Below are positions 1 to 13,619 of a DNA stretch of 64,000 bases, piece after piece. The stretch lies in the NCBI RefSeq assembly GCF_001194135.2, contig NC_068990.1:38119318-38183317 (forward strand), in the 5' to 3' direction. A program made the position numbers and the translations under genes. The first letter of the stretch is position 1; every line of letters begins with the position of its first letter. Under the pieces are notes generated by a model. That model saw only the letters and a list, made by a program, of their open reading frames with translations, searched no databases and was not told the origin of the DNA. The DNA comes from Octopus bimaculoides. Taxonomy: Eukaryota.

Positions 1-53
<53 letters not shown>

Positions 54-61
54 TGTATGTA
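1..61. repeat. (TA)n/(TATG)n microsatellite
   Basis: Read directly from the sequence. Confidence 0.95.
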
Positions 62-921
62 TAAATCAGATCGTCGTAGTCCTAAAAGTCCTTTCTGGTG
101 TAACAATGAAATTTGACCGCCTGATCAAGCAAATCAAGCAGCCTTCAAAAGATGTGGCTCGTCATTTGCCAACGACCGAAATATCTCAAGGGAACTGAAC
201 TTTGCTTCATACGTGAGCAGAGCTTTGTTGAATTCTCGCATTACTGAATGGTAAGCTGACGATATACAATGTACTACACAATATTTGGATAACAATTAAG
301 TAGTTCGACCTAGTACACTTATCATATCGTTTCTTATAAAGAATAATGTAAGGTTAATTAATAGCAACGAGTTTGAACACTCGATATTCCTTGGGATAAC
401 TTAACCTCAGAATGCAGAAGAATAAAACAAAATATTACAAGGCATCAAGGCTACTTACTCTCGTATTGCTGAAATAAAAACAACTATGTGTGTGTGTACA
501 TATATNNNNNNNNNNNNNNNNNNNNNNNNNNNNNNNNNNNNNNNNNNNNNNNNNNNNNNNNNNNNNNNNNNNNNNNNNNNNNNNNNNNNNNNNNNNNNNN
601 NNNNNNNNNNNNNNNNNNNNNNNNNNNNNNNNNNNNNNNNNNNNNNNNNNNNNNNNNNNNNNNNNNNNNNNNNNNNNNNNNNNNNNNNNNNNNNNNNNNN
701 NNNNNNNNNNNNNNNNNNNNNNNNNNNNNNNNNNNNNNNNNNNNNNNNNNNNNNNNNNNNNNNNNNNNNNNNNNNNNNNNNNNNNNNNNNNNNNNNNNNN
801 NNNNNNNNNCTGATGGGACTGTGTATTGAAACCCACTTTATTCTGTTGAGGCTTTATATACCCCAATATTAAACTATTTTCTTCAATCAATACACGGTGA
901 TAATTTTTATATGCTTTACGC

Positions 922-971
<50 letters not shown>

Positions 972-994
972 TGTAAAGAATAAAAAAGTTTTGA

Positions 995-1724
995 ATATAT
1001 ATATAGACAGTGAAATATGGAGTAGATAGTGTAATGGTATGGAGAGTGATATCTGCTGCTGGTCCTGGTCCACTTATTTACCTACAAAGGACTGTCAATG
1101 CTGAAAACTTAGACAGCATGCCCTTCCACATTAACCATCCTCGTCGGTTCAACCTCCTATCTTCGTGCAGGACAACGCTCTCTGTCACACTACGAAGACT
1201 GTCAAAGATTTTTTGAGTGATGAAGGGATTTTCTCATGGAGTGCCCACCTTAAAGTCCCGATCTCAGCTCTATAGTAAACATTTGGAAGATTAGTGAAGA
1301 TGGGACGCGAAGGAAAATTCCAAAAAACAAAGATGAACTCTGGGAATTATTGGAAAACGAATGGAACAATATTACACCGTCATTTTGCAAGAAATTGATT
1401 AATTCCTGTGGTAACAGATGTCAGGAGTAACAGGATGTTCACAAAATATTAATAGTAAGGGATTCTTTTTTTGCTCTTGTTCTATTTTTCCTTGTTTTCC
1501 TAAATGACCCTTCACTTTTGGCGGCTGCAGTTTGGAAGATCATTTGTTTCTTTCCTCATAACGTATGAAATATTTATGCCATTCACTTGAAATTATCACG
1601 ATAGATAAATATCAGATATGTCTAAATATGTGCAAAATATCCAGGCTTTACATTTTGTTAATCTTCTATTATAAATACCTCAATACACCTGTTCTTACTG
1701 AACCTTATATTATGGCCGCTACTG
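995..1724 (+). mobile_element. Tc1-family transposon, 3' remnant (decayed DD34E domain plus probable right TIR end)
   Basis: Frameshifted translation gives VKYGVDSVMVW (cf. VKHGGGSVMVWG), QDNALCHTTKTVKDFL, SPDLSSIVNIW, KNKDELWELLENEWNNITPSFCKKLINS and GMFTKY*. The remnant ends in tatggccgctactg followed by TA, a Tc1-like terminus. Confidence 0.85.
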
Positions 1725-1837
1725 TATACACCACACACACACATATGCATATATATATATGTATATATGGATGTGTCTATGTATGTATGAATATACAAGA
1801 ACGCACGCACTCACACACTCACACGCACACACACATA

Positions 1838-3640
1838 GAGTGTTTTTGCTGCTTCTTGTGGGAGTGGCACAAGCATGAGAAGGGCATTACACTGGATGCA
1901 CCATTCCAGTAACCCTTTTTTACACTTGTAATCAAACTGATCGTAAAACCGATGGAAATGCAGTATCGCGGACCACTTACCATGTCTGGTGCTAGACAGT
2001 CCCCTATTAAAGCTTTAATGGATGACCTAACTTTAACAACAATATCGGTCATGAGTGGTAGGTGGTTCCTAAAATGTGTTGAAGTGTAGTTCCAGTCAAT
2101 CAGTTTGAGAAAGCTTGTGCAAAAGAAAGGCAAGAGTAGCGTACAAATACCATTCACCATCGAGAAACTAGTGAATAACCTGGAAAATTTGTTGAACAGC
2201 AGTTTGAGATACACAACATCCATGGAATCAAAAGAAAATAGAAGGCTTGGCTTTCCACAGTAGGCAAGTCAGGTCTTCCCGTAGGTTTAAGGCTTGGATT
2301 TACCGACATCCTCCTATAGATTCTGTAGTCGCTTTTGGCATATGATATCTCTATATCCACGGTTGAACGCCTTAAGAGAGGTGAGTCTGTAGGTTCCTGC
2401 AAAAATCACTGGTACTCGGCGCTTGAACAACTTCATCCTGCAATGGAACGAATAATAAATTTAAGCTCCATATCAATTTGTGATGTTGCGTTCTGGTAAG
2501 GAATTGTATTACCGAGACTTCTGCACCGTAGTCTCTCACGCTTGTATTACGGTTGAAACAGGACAGGCGTAAGGCGCAATATTGGTTGTCATGACTCAAA
2601 GTGCTTGTGAGCGTTGTAACTCGTGAAGGGCTTGGCTTAGGAAGTACTACAACACCACATTGTGATAAAGTGCAAGGAAAGGATAAACGGCTACTGATCC
2701 AGAGTTGGGAGGAACCAGCCAGCAAATGAGACAAGATGGAACCCCAGAAAGCCTGGTTAAGAGGGAACCGTGCGCTGGCGCGCAGTATCCCTGAATTTTG
2801 GGAAGTGGAGCTCTACTGGAAAAAAAAACTTCCTAATTCAGGCTGCATACGACGCCCTACTAAATTCACTCAACTTGTTCTGCTCTGGGAAGCTGGAATT
2901 ATCGGTTTGCTCTTATGTGTCCAAGTACAAGAACTGTGGAAGAAATCCCCTGTAGCTGAGCGAAATCCCGAGGAGAGGGGTGTTATTTAAGGAGGCATTA
3001 ACAAATTTTCAACGTCGTAACAGACACCATCCGAAATGAGATTAGCCAATGCACGATGAATACATTTATCATTCTTTTGTCAATACTGGTGTGAAAAGGT
3101 TGTCTGCTGCTAGGCACACTGCTTCGGATCTCCCTGAAACGGCAAAAGACTAGAAGCTGAAAGTCAACGTATGGGAGGCTACTGAAGTTCTCAGATATTG
3201 TCACCTCAGCATAACTAGGGCTAAAAACCATTCTGCTCGATTCCCTTGGTGGCTCGCATCGGGATGGAAAAAGACAGTAAAAGAAGGAAATATGGAAATA
3301 TGGAATCTATGGAGATATGCCAAAGCAAATTGTGGCAAAAAAGATGTGCCTCAATCAATAAGAAATTCAGATGGTTTGCAAGCCAGCCTCTCTGCAGAGC
3401 TTAGAACATGCTTAGCACCACAAGAAGTAGTGATGAGGAAGCAGTGGAGCTTATCTCAAGGAGGTGCGACTCCTAGTAGAATTAGTGCTACTATTGATAG
3501 TATTAGCTGGATACATATTGAGGTTTAATCAACCTCGAGTGGGTAACCTGGGGGAAGATGTTCGAGGTTGAATGACCCCGAAAGACCAAATGAACTTAGG
3601 AAATAATAGCAATCATGTGTCCAGATGCATCATAAGATGA
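1838..3640 (+). mobile_element. 5'-truncated HERO-type non-LTR retrotransposon (RT, thumb, Zn-knuckle and RLE remnants, plus 3' UTR)
   Basis: Frameshifted translation gives WHKHEKGI, RGPLTMSGARQSPIKALMDDLTLTT (RT active-site DD), KSGLP-RFKAWIYRH, FLIQAAYDAL, and RWFASQPLCRA (cf. RGFASQSLCRA after the RLE core). 3524-3635 resembles the HERO 3' UTR as I recall it (tcaacctcg..gggt..cctggg...cccgaaa...atgtgtcc...tgcatc). Confidence 0.85.
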
Positions 3641-3839
3641 TGAATGGAAAATGGTATATACTGAAGATTTCTTTTAAAGCATGTTTAAGGACAACAACGG
3701 AACGTTTACTGCGGGATCTCAAACCTGAAAAAACATTTCGAGTTGAGTGGTTATACATGCATGCATACATACATTCACACACACACACATACGCACACAC
3801 ATATATGCATGTAACCATACACTCTCAGCTATGTAAGCA

Positions 3840-4010
3840 CACACCTGTTTTCTTGGACTTTCTTCTTTCTTCAGACCTTTCCTCTCTCCTCTTTCTGACG
3901 AAGAGCCATGCTCAAAACGCTGTACACCCACTCTTTTTGCCAGCTTATACGGCGCGTCAACCTAATACATTCGATATGTTCGTCATTTTGACTTTTTAAA
4001 TGTCGATACC
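3840..4010 (+). mobile_element. Penelope-like terminal-repeat fragment with degenerate hammerhead core (3895-3920)
   Basis: ctgacga-a-gagc-cat-gctc-aaaacgc: CUGANGA and stem II are intact, GAAA has become AAAA. The flanks resemble the copies at 16.7 kb and 60.4 kb. Confidence 0.55.
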
Positions 4011-4442
4011 TTTACATACAAACATACATATATACAAACATACATACATACATACATACATACGTATATACATGCATACATACATGCATACATACATGCA
4101 TACATACATGCATATATATTTGTACTGCTGCGGTTGTCAGTATTTTATTTGACTTCACTTCTGTATATATATGGTACGGAAAAGTTTACAGTACCTAAAA
4201 GGAACCCTAATACCTACTTGCCATATGTAACGACACACGTTAAGTTAATTACAGTCAAAGGCAAATTCGATGGGGTTTTAAATTAAAACAATCAAAAGGA
4301 AAAATGAAAGAGAGGCAGAAGAGTATAAGAGAAAAGATGCGCGAAAATTTCTGATACATTTTGTCAGACATTCTGTGTTGTCTTGGTTCCAGATACGTTT
4401 GTGCGTTTATATGTATATATGTGGATATGTGCATATATATAC

Positions 4443-4473
<31 letters not shown>

Positions 4474-5663
4474 NNNNNNNNNNNNNNNNNNNNNNNNNNN
4501 NNNNNNNNNNNNNNNNNNNNNNNNNNNNNNNNNNNNNNNNNNNNNNNNNNNNNNNNNNNNNNNNNNNNNNNNNNNNNNNNNNNNNNNNNNNNNNNNNNNN
4601 NNNNNNNNNNNNNNNNNNNNNNNNNNNNNNNNNNNNNNNNNNNNNNNNNNNNNNNNNNNNNNNNNNNNNNNNNNNNNNNNNNNNNNNNNNNNNNNNNNNN
4701 NNNNNNNNNNNNNNNNNNNNNNNNNNNNNNNNNNNNNNNNNNNNNNNNNNNNNNNNNNNNNNNNNNNNNNATATATATATATATATAGGTATTTACGAGT
4801 TCATCTCGTCAAATCTAATGCTATGATGATGATCATCATTATAGCCGTCACCTTGATAGTAACGATAATGATGATGCTCGCTCTTGTTTTAATCTCAAAC
4901 TGCAAACATGAAAATCTATAAAGGCATATGCTATATAACTAGTGTGTATCGATTTCTGTTGGTCAATATATAACGAGAGAAAAGTGGGTTTGAGGAGGCG
5001 GATGGGAACAAACGAAATAAACTGAAAAAAAAAAACGAAATATAATATAATAAAACAGAATATAAAGAAAAGAAAAACATCAACAAAAAACAAATACGAC
5101 ATCAGTCATTATCTTCAGGAATAAATCCCCAAAATATAGAAGACTGTTGTAAATCAGTGGTGACCAGATTGTAATTAAATTTATTGCTTTCTATGATGGA
5201 AATTTCTTATGTTCGTTATGTATTTTAAGTCTTTTTTTCCCCTTTTTAATAATAATATTTTATTTTATTATTTTCAATTCTTTCCTTTTACTTCTTTGGC
5301 CCTCTTCCTCTCTCGTATTCTCTCTCTGTGTCACACTCTCATTTTTTCTCTCACTTTCACTGTTTATTGAGGTACTTTTTTTTGGGTAACTTTGTTTTAT
5401 TTTGTTTATCGTATAATTTTCTTTTTTCATTTATTTTTAAAGCTCATCACTATACATACACGGTCTTTGATCTGATTGTATCATTATTTTCACCTATCTC
5501 CCGCGCTCTCCTCTCTCTCTACAAATAAATATATGCGGGTGTGTGTATGTATGTTTGTGAGTGTATACACACATACACACACACACACATATATATGTAT
5601 ATTCGCACATGTATATATGTATATACATAAAAATATGCATATATATATATATATATGAATAGG

Positions 5664-5711
<48 letters not shown>

Positions 5712-5754
5712 GCACACACACATACACACATATATACAAATTTATGTACATACG

Positions 5755-5787
<33 letters not shown>

Positions 5788-6039
5788 AGGTTTTTTATAT
5801 ATGTTCCCATAAATATGCCTATATGAATACATATCTGTATCATCGATGTATATTTATATATCATATATGATTTTGCTAATGTGCAATGGACAACATATAT
5901 GTTTGTGTGTATGTGTGTGTGTGTGTGTGTATGTATTCAGGGATAAATATATAACTATATTCATGTATATATAATTGAGCATATATATATATATACACGC
6001 ATTCGCACATACATGCACATGCATACATAGATACATACA

Positions 6040-6087
<48 letters not shown>

Positions 6088-7193
6088 NNNNNNNNNNNNN
6101 NNNNNNNNNNNNNNNNNNNNNNNNNNNNNNNNNNNNNNNNNNNNNNNNNNNNNNNNNNNNNNNNNNNNNNNNNNNNNNNNNNNNNNNNNNNNNNNNNNNN
6201 NNNNNNNNNNNNNNNNNNNNNNNNNNNNNNNNNNNNNNNNNNNNNNNNNNNNNNNNNNNNNNNNNNNNNNNNNNNNNNNNNNNNNNNNNNNNNNNNNNNN
6301 NNNNNNNNNNNNNNNNNNNNNNNNNNNNNNNNNNNNNNNNNNNNNNNNNNNNNNNNNNNNNNNNNNNNNNNNNNNNNNNNNNNNNNNNNNNNNNNNNNNN
6401 NNNNNNNNNNNNNNNNNNNNNNNNNNNNNNNNNNNNNNNNNNNNNNNNNNNNNNNNNNNNNNNNNNNNNNNNNNNNNNNNNNNNNNNNNNNNNNNNNNNN
6501 NNNNNNNNNNNNNNNNNNNNNNNNNNNNNNNNNNNNNNNNNNNNNNNNNNNNNNNNNNNNNNNNNNNNNNNNNNNNNNNNNNNNNNNNNNNNNNNNNNNN
6601 NNNNNNNNNNNNNNNNNNNNNNNNNNNTATATATATATATATATATATATGGGAGAATATACAAATAATAACAACAGACGAGGACAGGTGGTGTACATAT
6701 ATATATATGCACAGATGTATGGAAATATAGAAATGCATATACGTATGTATTGAGATATCTATACACACACACACACACCTATATATATGTATGTTTGTAT
6801 GTACGTATGTTTGTATCTATATAGGCAGGTAGATAGAAAGAGGTTTATATAATGATAGAAATAAAATGATAAATACACAATTATTACATTTATCAAAACC
6901 ATATGAGACACTTCTGTTTGCACATATATACGCACATACAGACTACCATACGCGCGTACATACACACATACACATTCAGACAAACACACACACGCACACA
7001 CACACACACACACACACGCACATATATATTTAGCAATAAAATGTATTAATCCCCAGAGTTCCAATACACAAATAGAGGAATATATTTGTGTGAATTTGAA
7101 AATATGCATATATACAAACTGACACAAACGGATGCAAGTACGCGCACACAGACACATATACATATAGTTATGCACGAACGCATNNNNNNNNNN

Positions 7194-7261
<68 letters not shown>

Positions 7262-8516
7262 TAAATGAATATGAGTGTGTGTATGGTTGATGTGTACATA
7301 TTTTATATGTAACCATGTATTTGTTTATTGTTTCTGACGTGCGCTTCCGTGTGTGTCTGTTTGCACGAGTATTTGTGTATCTGCGTGTGTTTTTATTTCG
7401 ATGTACAGATGTGTGTTTACTGGCACATTTAATATTACAACCTCAAAATGGATATGTATTAATACAATCCACACAAAGTCGTAGAAATTCACTAAGTAAA
7501 TAGGCAAGTACTTAAAACCGATTCTACCCTGTTCACATAAAATACACTCCATATTTACATTGGAGGCTTCTATGTTTGATGTAAGTAGATTTATTAGTGA
7601 GTGTTCTGACACACAAAAGTTACTTGCCGTAAGAAAATCTCATAATATGAATTGATAAAGAAATATGAGCAGATTATATAGTTCTGTCTATGGTTGAAAC
7701 ATATTTGCATACATTGATGTATGTATGTACGTTTTTAACTGTATATATATANNNNNNNNNNNNNNNNNNNNNNNNNNNNNNNNNNNNNNNNNNNNNNNNN
7801 NNNNNNNNNNNNNNNNNNNNNNNNNNNNNNNNNNNNNNNNNNNNNNNNNNNNNNNNNNNNNNNNNNNNNNNNNNNNNNNNNNNNNNNNNNNNNNNNNNNN
7901 NNNNNNNNNNNNNNNNNNNNNNNNNNNNNNNNNNNNNNNNNNNNNNNNNNNNNNNNNNNNNNNNNNNNNNNNNNNNNNNNNNNNNNNNNNNNNNNNNNNN
8001 NNNNNNNNNNNNNNNNNNNNNNNNNNNNNNNNNNNNNNNNNNNNNNNNNNNNNNNNNNNNNNNNNNNNNNNNNNNNNNNNNNNNNNNNNNNNNNNNNNNN
8101 NNNNNNNNNNNNNNNNNNNNNNNNNNNNNNNNNNNNNNNNNNNNNNNNNNNNNNNNNTATATATATATATATATATATATGTATATGTATATATCTGCGT
8201 GTGTATATGCTTTTAGGTATATGTGTAGGAGTGTAGGTTCGTGTTTGTTTGCATATGTCCACATATATTACATAGCCTTATGCGTACATACGCAGAAAGT
8301 CGCACACATACTATATCCCGATATTTATAAATGTATTTCAATACGTATGTGTGAGTGCGTGTATGCATGTACATGTATGTCTGTGTACGTGTGTGCTTGT
8401 GTGTGTGTGAATATATGTGTGTATATATACGTAAATATTTATATACACATATTTTCATATAGATAGTGTGTATATGCATATAGAGTGGATATTAATTTAT
8501 ATGAATACATATTAAT

Positions 8517-8591
8517 GGCGCAGGCATGCCTGTGTGGTTCAAATGCTTAAAACGCAGTCTTTGGTTCTGAGTTCATTCTCACACGGCGGCG
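8517..8591 (+). mobile_element. Decayed 5' head of octopus-type tRNA-derived SINE
   Basis: ggcgcaggcatgcctgtgtggtt...ctgagttcattctcac resembles the head of the full copy at 61937-62350. Confidence 0.55.
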
Positions 8592-9984
8592 TATTCATTC
8601 ACTGTCATATACTATGGAATGCTAATGACAGGTACACATTTTTCTTCAAAGTTTTAGATAAGCAAAATGCACATATGCATATTTAGATAACACATATACA
8701 CATGCATATAATAATACACACACACATTCACATACATATATCTCCGCATATATGTGTATACATAGATGTAAATGGACAGATTGACGGGTGGGGATATATG
8801 GATATGGATATATACTCATATCAGCATGCAGGTTGTAAAATGTTTTAATAGAAGCTAAGATATACTGAATTGTCACTGTTAATTTAACGTTTCCATGTTT
8901 ACGTATTATAGGAACCGCTTGAATTAACAGTATCTTGAATGTTAGAGCAAAGATTCAAGGATCTTTGGCTACTAATAGTATATTAAATATAGTCTAACGT
9001 TTGTAGTCACCATTTTTTCCCGTCTGTCCAAAAAAGAAAAAAAATATGTTTCTTTATGTATATGCCTTATATTAATAAAGTATGGTTCTTAAGCTTTAAT
9101 ATGTTTGGCAGGAGATTTTGCCGACGTTTCAGATCGTTTCTCTTCGTTAACGAGAAAACTGTTTGTTAGTTTCTTTCATCTACAAAACAGTAAAGACACA
9201 GAAAAAATATGTTATCTCTGTTGCGAAGAAACCTCACATTGTTTTCTCCCAACCTACGCGCAAAAAATTTATGCTTCACCAATAAAAGGAAATCTTTGTC
9301 CCCCAGAGCACCTTACGTTCTGCGTTTCTTCTTGCTTAGCTTTATATCGTAAGCGGTGTGTTACTTTGCGACAAACGTCACAAGCCACTTACGTTTACTA
9401 GCAACCAATTCATATCATGATATTAATAAAGACATTAGGAAATGTGATTTAAGACTTATCTATTATAAATACAATAAGGATGATATATAGCTAAATGCAA
9501 TTGCTCATGTAAGGCAGGACAGTAAAATAATAAATACGTATTGTTTATAAATACAACAAAGATGTATATATACATGCATGCATATCTATATACTTTCACA
9601 CACACACACACATACACACACACACACAAACACATACACACACACGCATACACACATATACATACACACGCACACACCCACATATATATACTTACATGTC
9701 AATATTCTTACACATACACCCACATACACATATATATTCATATATACACAAGCACTCAGACTCACACACACACACACACACACACATACACACACACATA
9801 TATATCGTAGAGCAGAATGAAAATGGAAATTCCAATAAATTTTTTATAACATCATAAATTACATAATCTGTAAACGTTTTCAGTATCATATACGACTGTA
9901 ATGCAGTAATCGTTAGAATACATATATACATCAATATGTGCGTTTGTGTGTGTGTGTGTGTGTTTATATATGTATATATATTTT

Positions 9985-10110
9985 TTTGATTTCAGTCATT
10001 GGTTTCAGTCGTTCTGGGGCACAGGTCCACGGAGATTTATCTCGATAATATCAATCAAAATACTTCATCTAGTACTCATTTTAATTTATTCCTCTTTGTT
10101 GAATGACTAA
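9985..10110 (-). mobile_element. Decayed SINE 3' fragment
   Basis: gatttcagtcattggtttcagtcgttctggggcac resembles the SINE 3' end tttcagtcatttgactgcggccatgctggagcac. Confidence 0.45.
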
Positions 10111-10265
10111 AATATATCTATTGATGAAATGGATCATAACTCATCGCTGTACAATAACTATTTTCTACGAGCTATTTTCGTTGGATTCAACGATTTACAT
10201 TGGGACATATACCCATACACACATGCACACATATACCACGACTCAATGCGTATTCGAGCCCTCGC

Positions 10266-10300
<35 letters not shown>

Positions 10301-10948
10301 TANNNNNNNNNNNNNNNNNNNNNNNNNNNNNNNNNNNNNNNNNNNNNNNNNNNNNNNNNNNNNNNNNNNNNNNNNNNNNNNNNNNNNNNNNNNNNNNNNN
10401 NNNNNNNNNNNNNNNNNNNNNNNNNNNNNNNNNNNNNNNNNNNNNNNNNNNNNNNNNNNNNNNNNNNNNNNNNNNNNNNNNNNNNNNNNNNNNNNNNNNN
10501 NNNNNNNNNNNNNNNNNNNNNNNNNNNNNNNNNNNNNNNNNNNNNNNNNNNNNNNNNNNNNNNNNNNNNNNNNNNNNNNNNNNNNNNNNNNNNNNNNNNN
10601 NNNNNNNNNNNNNNNNNNNNNNNNNNNNNNNNNNNNNNNNNNNNNNNNNNNNNNNNNNNNNNNNNNNNNNNNNNNNNNNNNNNNNNNNNNNNNNNNNNNN
10701 NNNNNNNNNNNNNNNNNNNNNNNNNNNNNNNNNNNNNNNNNNNNNNNNNNNNNNNNNNNNNNNNNNNNNNNNNNNNNNNNNNNNNNNNNNNNNNNNNNNN
10801 NNNNNNNNNNNNNNNNNNNNNNNNNNNNNNNNNNNNNNNNNNNNNNNNNNNNNNNNNNNNNNNNNNNNNNNATATATATATATACATATATATATATACA
10901 TACACGCACACATATATCTATCTATCTATCTATTTATCTCTCTCTCTG

Positions 10949-11004
<56 letters not shown>

Positions 11005-11445
11005 CGCATACTTTTCTTTATTAATGGGCCATAGCATAATCATTTCTATGCAGATTAACTCAGTTTCCATGCAATAAGGAAACCCTGAGTGGCTATATAG
11101 AATACTCTAACATCTGTCTATTTAAATCAGTCATTTGTATAACGAATTTGTTATTCAAATTGGTTGCTCTATGAAGTCCCGTGTGAGGTAGGAATCAATT
11201 ACTTTTTACTATTTATGAAAGCGACACGAAGAAAAGATATATTACCAAATTTGATCTTAAAAATAAAACAGGAAACAATTTTGCGATTATATGTTTCACT
11301 TTGTGCATGTAAGCTCGTCGTAAGAGGGAAAATAGTGATAGCATTAGCAGGGAGGCATGCCGTCTGAAGTTCCATATACAATACTTCATGAAGCTAAAAA
11401 TTTTAAAGAGACAGAAAAAAAGGACAAAGACAAGACAAGTAAATG

Positions 11446-11446
11446 T

Positions 11447-11500
<54 letters not shown>

Positions 11501-11756
11501 AGAGAAGGAGGGGGAGGAGGAGGAGGAGGNNNNNNNNNNNNNNNNNNNNNNNNNNNNNNNNNNNNNNNAGAAGGAGGAGGAGGAGAAGGAGGAGGAGGAG
11601 GAGATGGAGGAGTGGAAGAGAAGGTGGAGGAGGAGGAGGAGAAGAAGAAGAAGAAGAAGAAGAAGAAAAAGAAGAAGAAAAAGAAGAAGAAGAAAAAGAA
11701 GAAGAAGAAGAAGAAGAAGAAGAAGAAGAAGAAGAAGAAGAAGAAGAAGAAGAAGC
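11446..11756. repeat. Compound (GTA)n/(GGA)n/(GAA)n trinucleotide array containing a gap
   Basis: Read directly; it produces the poly-K/E/S/L pseudo-ORFs in the track. Confidence 0.95.
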
Positions 11757-12605
11757 ATTGCGTCCGCAACAGGACAAGAAGAAGTATTGACAAAGGTCAG
11801 GCTATGTGTTTAGATGATACACAGAAAAGCTAGAAAGAAGAAAAGGGCTAGATTGAAGGAAATTAAACTATGGAATGGTATGAGGACAGTAACATGATTT
11901 CCGAAGGTGACTCTAGAAAATGCTTTGCGTTTGGAGGCCGGACTTCCCTGTTGGGTAAAACGTATCTGCTGCCGCGAGTGCATGTTACTTTAGAAAGTCT
12001 GACTGGAATTATGACACCTGAGATACTGTTAAAGTATGCATGACGTGTTTCCATACATATATAACCATGGCCTCTGAAGTACTCTCTATTTAATATCATA
12101 TTTGATTATAATATTTTCTATGAACCATATATGACCTTCCAATGTTATGGTTGTCATGTTGTTCGAGTGAGTGAAATATAAAAAAAAAAAAAAAAAAAAA
12201 AAAAATTAAAGAACCTTTATTTTGATCATTCCTTAGCCATATCGATACATGCAATTGATTCTCCCACTTCCTCTGTTGCTATGTGGTCGTTCGTGTTGCC
12301 GAAAAACGCAGATAGCCTTCCTGAAAATCACAACTTAATTTCATACAAAGAGGAATAAATATTGGCTATGCGAAGAAATTGACATAAAGCCATTACTTTC
12401 TTCTTATTAAGAGCTGACTTTTGGCAAAAGCATCAACAAAACTCATCAACATTAGCAACAACAACAAAATAGAATTATAATAGAAAATTCATAGATACCT
12501 AGACGTTTACAGAAATGCACACACATATACATACATGCATACAGATAAATATACATATAGATATCCATACATATAAAAATATATATACACACACATATAT
12601 ATATA

Positions 12606-13478
12606 CGAAGTCTGATCAATAAGTATCCGGACTGTTTCCATAGTAACGAAGTTAAAGGATGCAGAGTAAAGCTGCTTGACCTTGAACACTGCTGTGCATG
12701 CGCACTAAAATTTAACGTTCTAGGCTTACTACCGCTGTTTGCAGCAGCGATTGGAAGGAAGGTGTGTAGCATGATATCGTGGCGTTGGCCATGACAGAGA
12801 AAGTTGTCATGACGATACCTGCTCACAAGCCTACGAAAAGTTGCAGAAAGTGTATGGAGAGGAGTGTATGAGCCGCACAAGTGTGAACGAGTGGTTCAGA
12901 TATTTCCAAGATGGCCGAAACATGTCAATATTGACGAACGTTCTAGGAGACCTGCAACCAGCACAACTGAGAAAAACATCGCTGAGATGCGTGCAGTTGT
13001 GAGGGGAAACTGTCGATTCACCATCCGTGAGTTATCAGAGGATGTGCAGATTAGTTGTGGTTCAGTTCAGCCCATCATCACTGAAGATTTAGGTATGAGA
13101 TGCGCGTCTACCAAGTTTGTGCCAAAATAACATTCAACTGACCAAGAAGACACTCGGGTGTTAGTTGCATAACATCTCCTTGACTGTGTCGAGAACGATG
13201 AAAACTTTTTGAAAACTTTGCGTAGGCCGCTGGGCAGGTAACGCCAAGATTTTGGCAAAATTTTATACAAATTCTCTGCTCAACTTTCTCTGTCATGTTC
13301 AATGCAACGATCACATGCTACACAGCTCCCTTTCAAGCAATACTGTAAACAGCAGAAGTGAGCTAGAACGTTAAATCTTCGTGCAAGTGCACAGCAGAAT
13401 TTAAGGTCAATCTGTGCTAAGCGGCTTCACTCTGCGAGCTTTAGCCTCGTTACTATACCAACAGTCCGAATACTTATT
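12606..13478 (+). mobile_element. Mariner derivative: 5' half of the transposase followed by an inverted copy of the element's own 5' end (fold-back form)
   Basis: Starts TA|cgaagtctgatcaataagtatccggactg. Encodes MTEKV...ERSRRPATSTTEKNI...LGMRCASTKFVPK...ENDENFLKT. 13213-13478 is a reverse-complement homolog of 12613-12843 and includes MTEKVEQRICIKFCQNLG. Confidence 0.9.
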
Positions 13479-13619
13479 TTATATGTATATATGTGTGTCT
13501 ATACACACATATGCATGTGTATGTGTGTGTGTGTGTGCGCTCGCGCGTGTTCATGCGTGAGTGCGTGTGTGTGATGACCTGCTGTCAGTTGTCGCAACTA
13601 TGACTGTTCATGGCTTTGG

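Noticed and set aside
66-250. Coding-like stretch bounded by cag| and atg|gtaagc
   Set aside because: All three plus-strand frames contain stops and no family was recognised.
11280-11367. VRGKIVIALAG resembling the Helitron motif near Walker A
   Set aside because: A single short motif with no supporting context.
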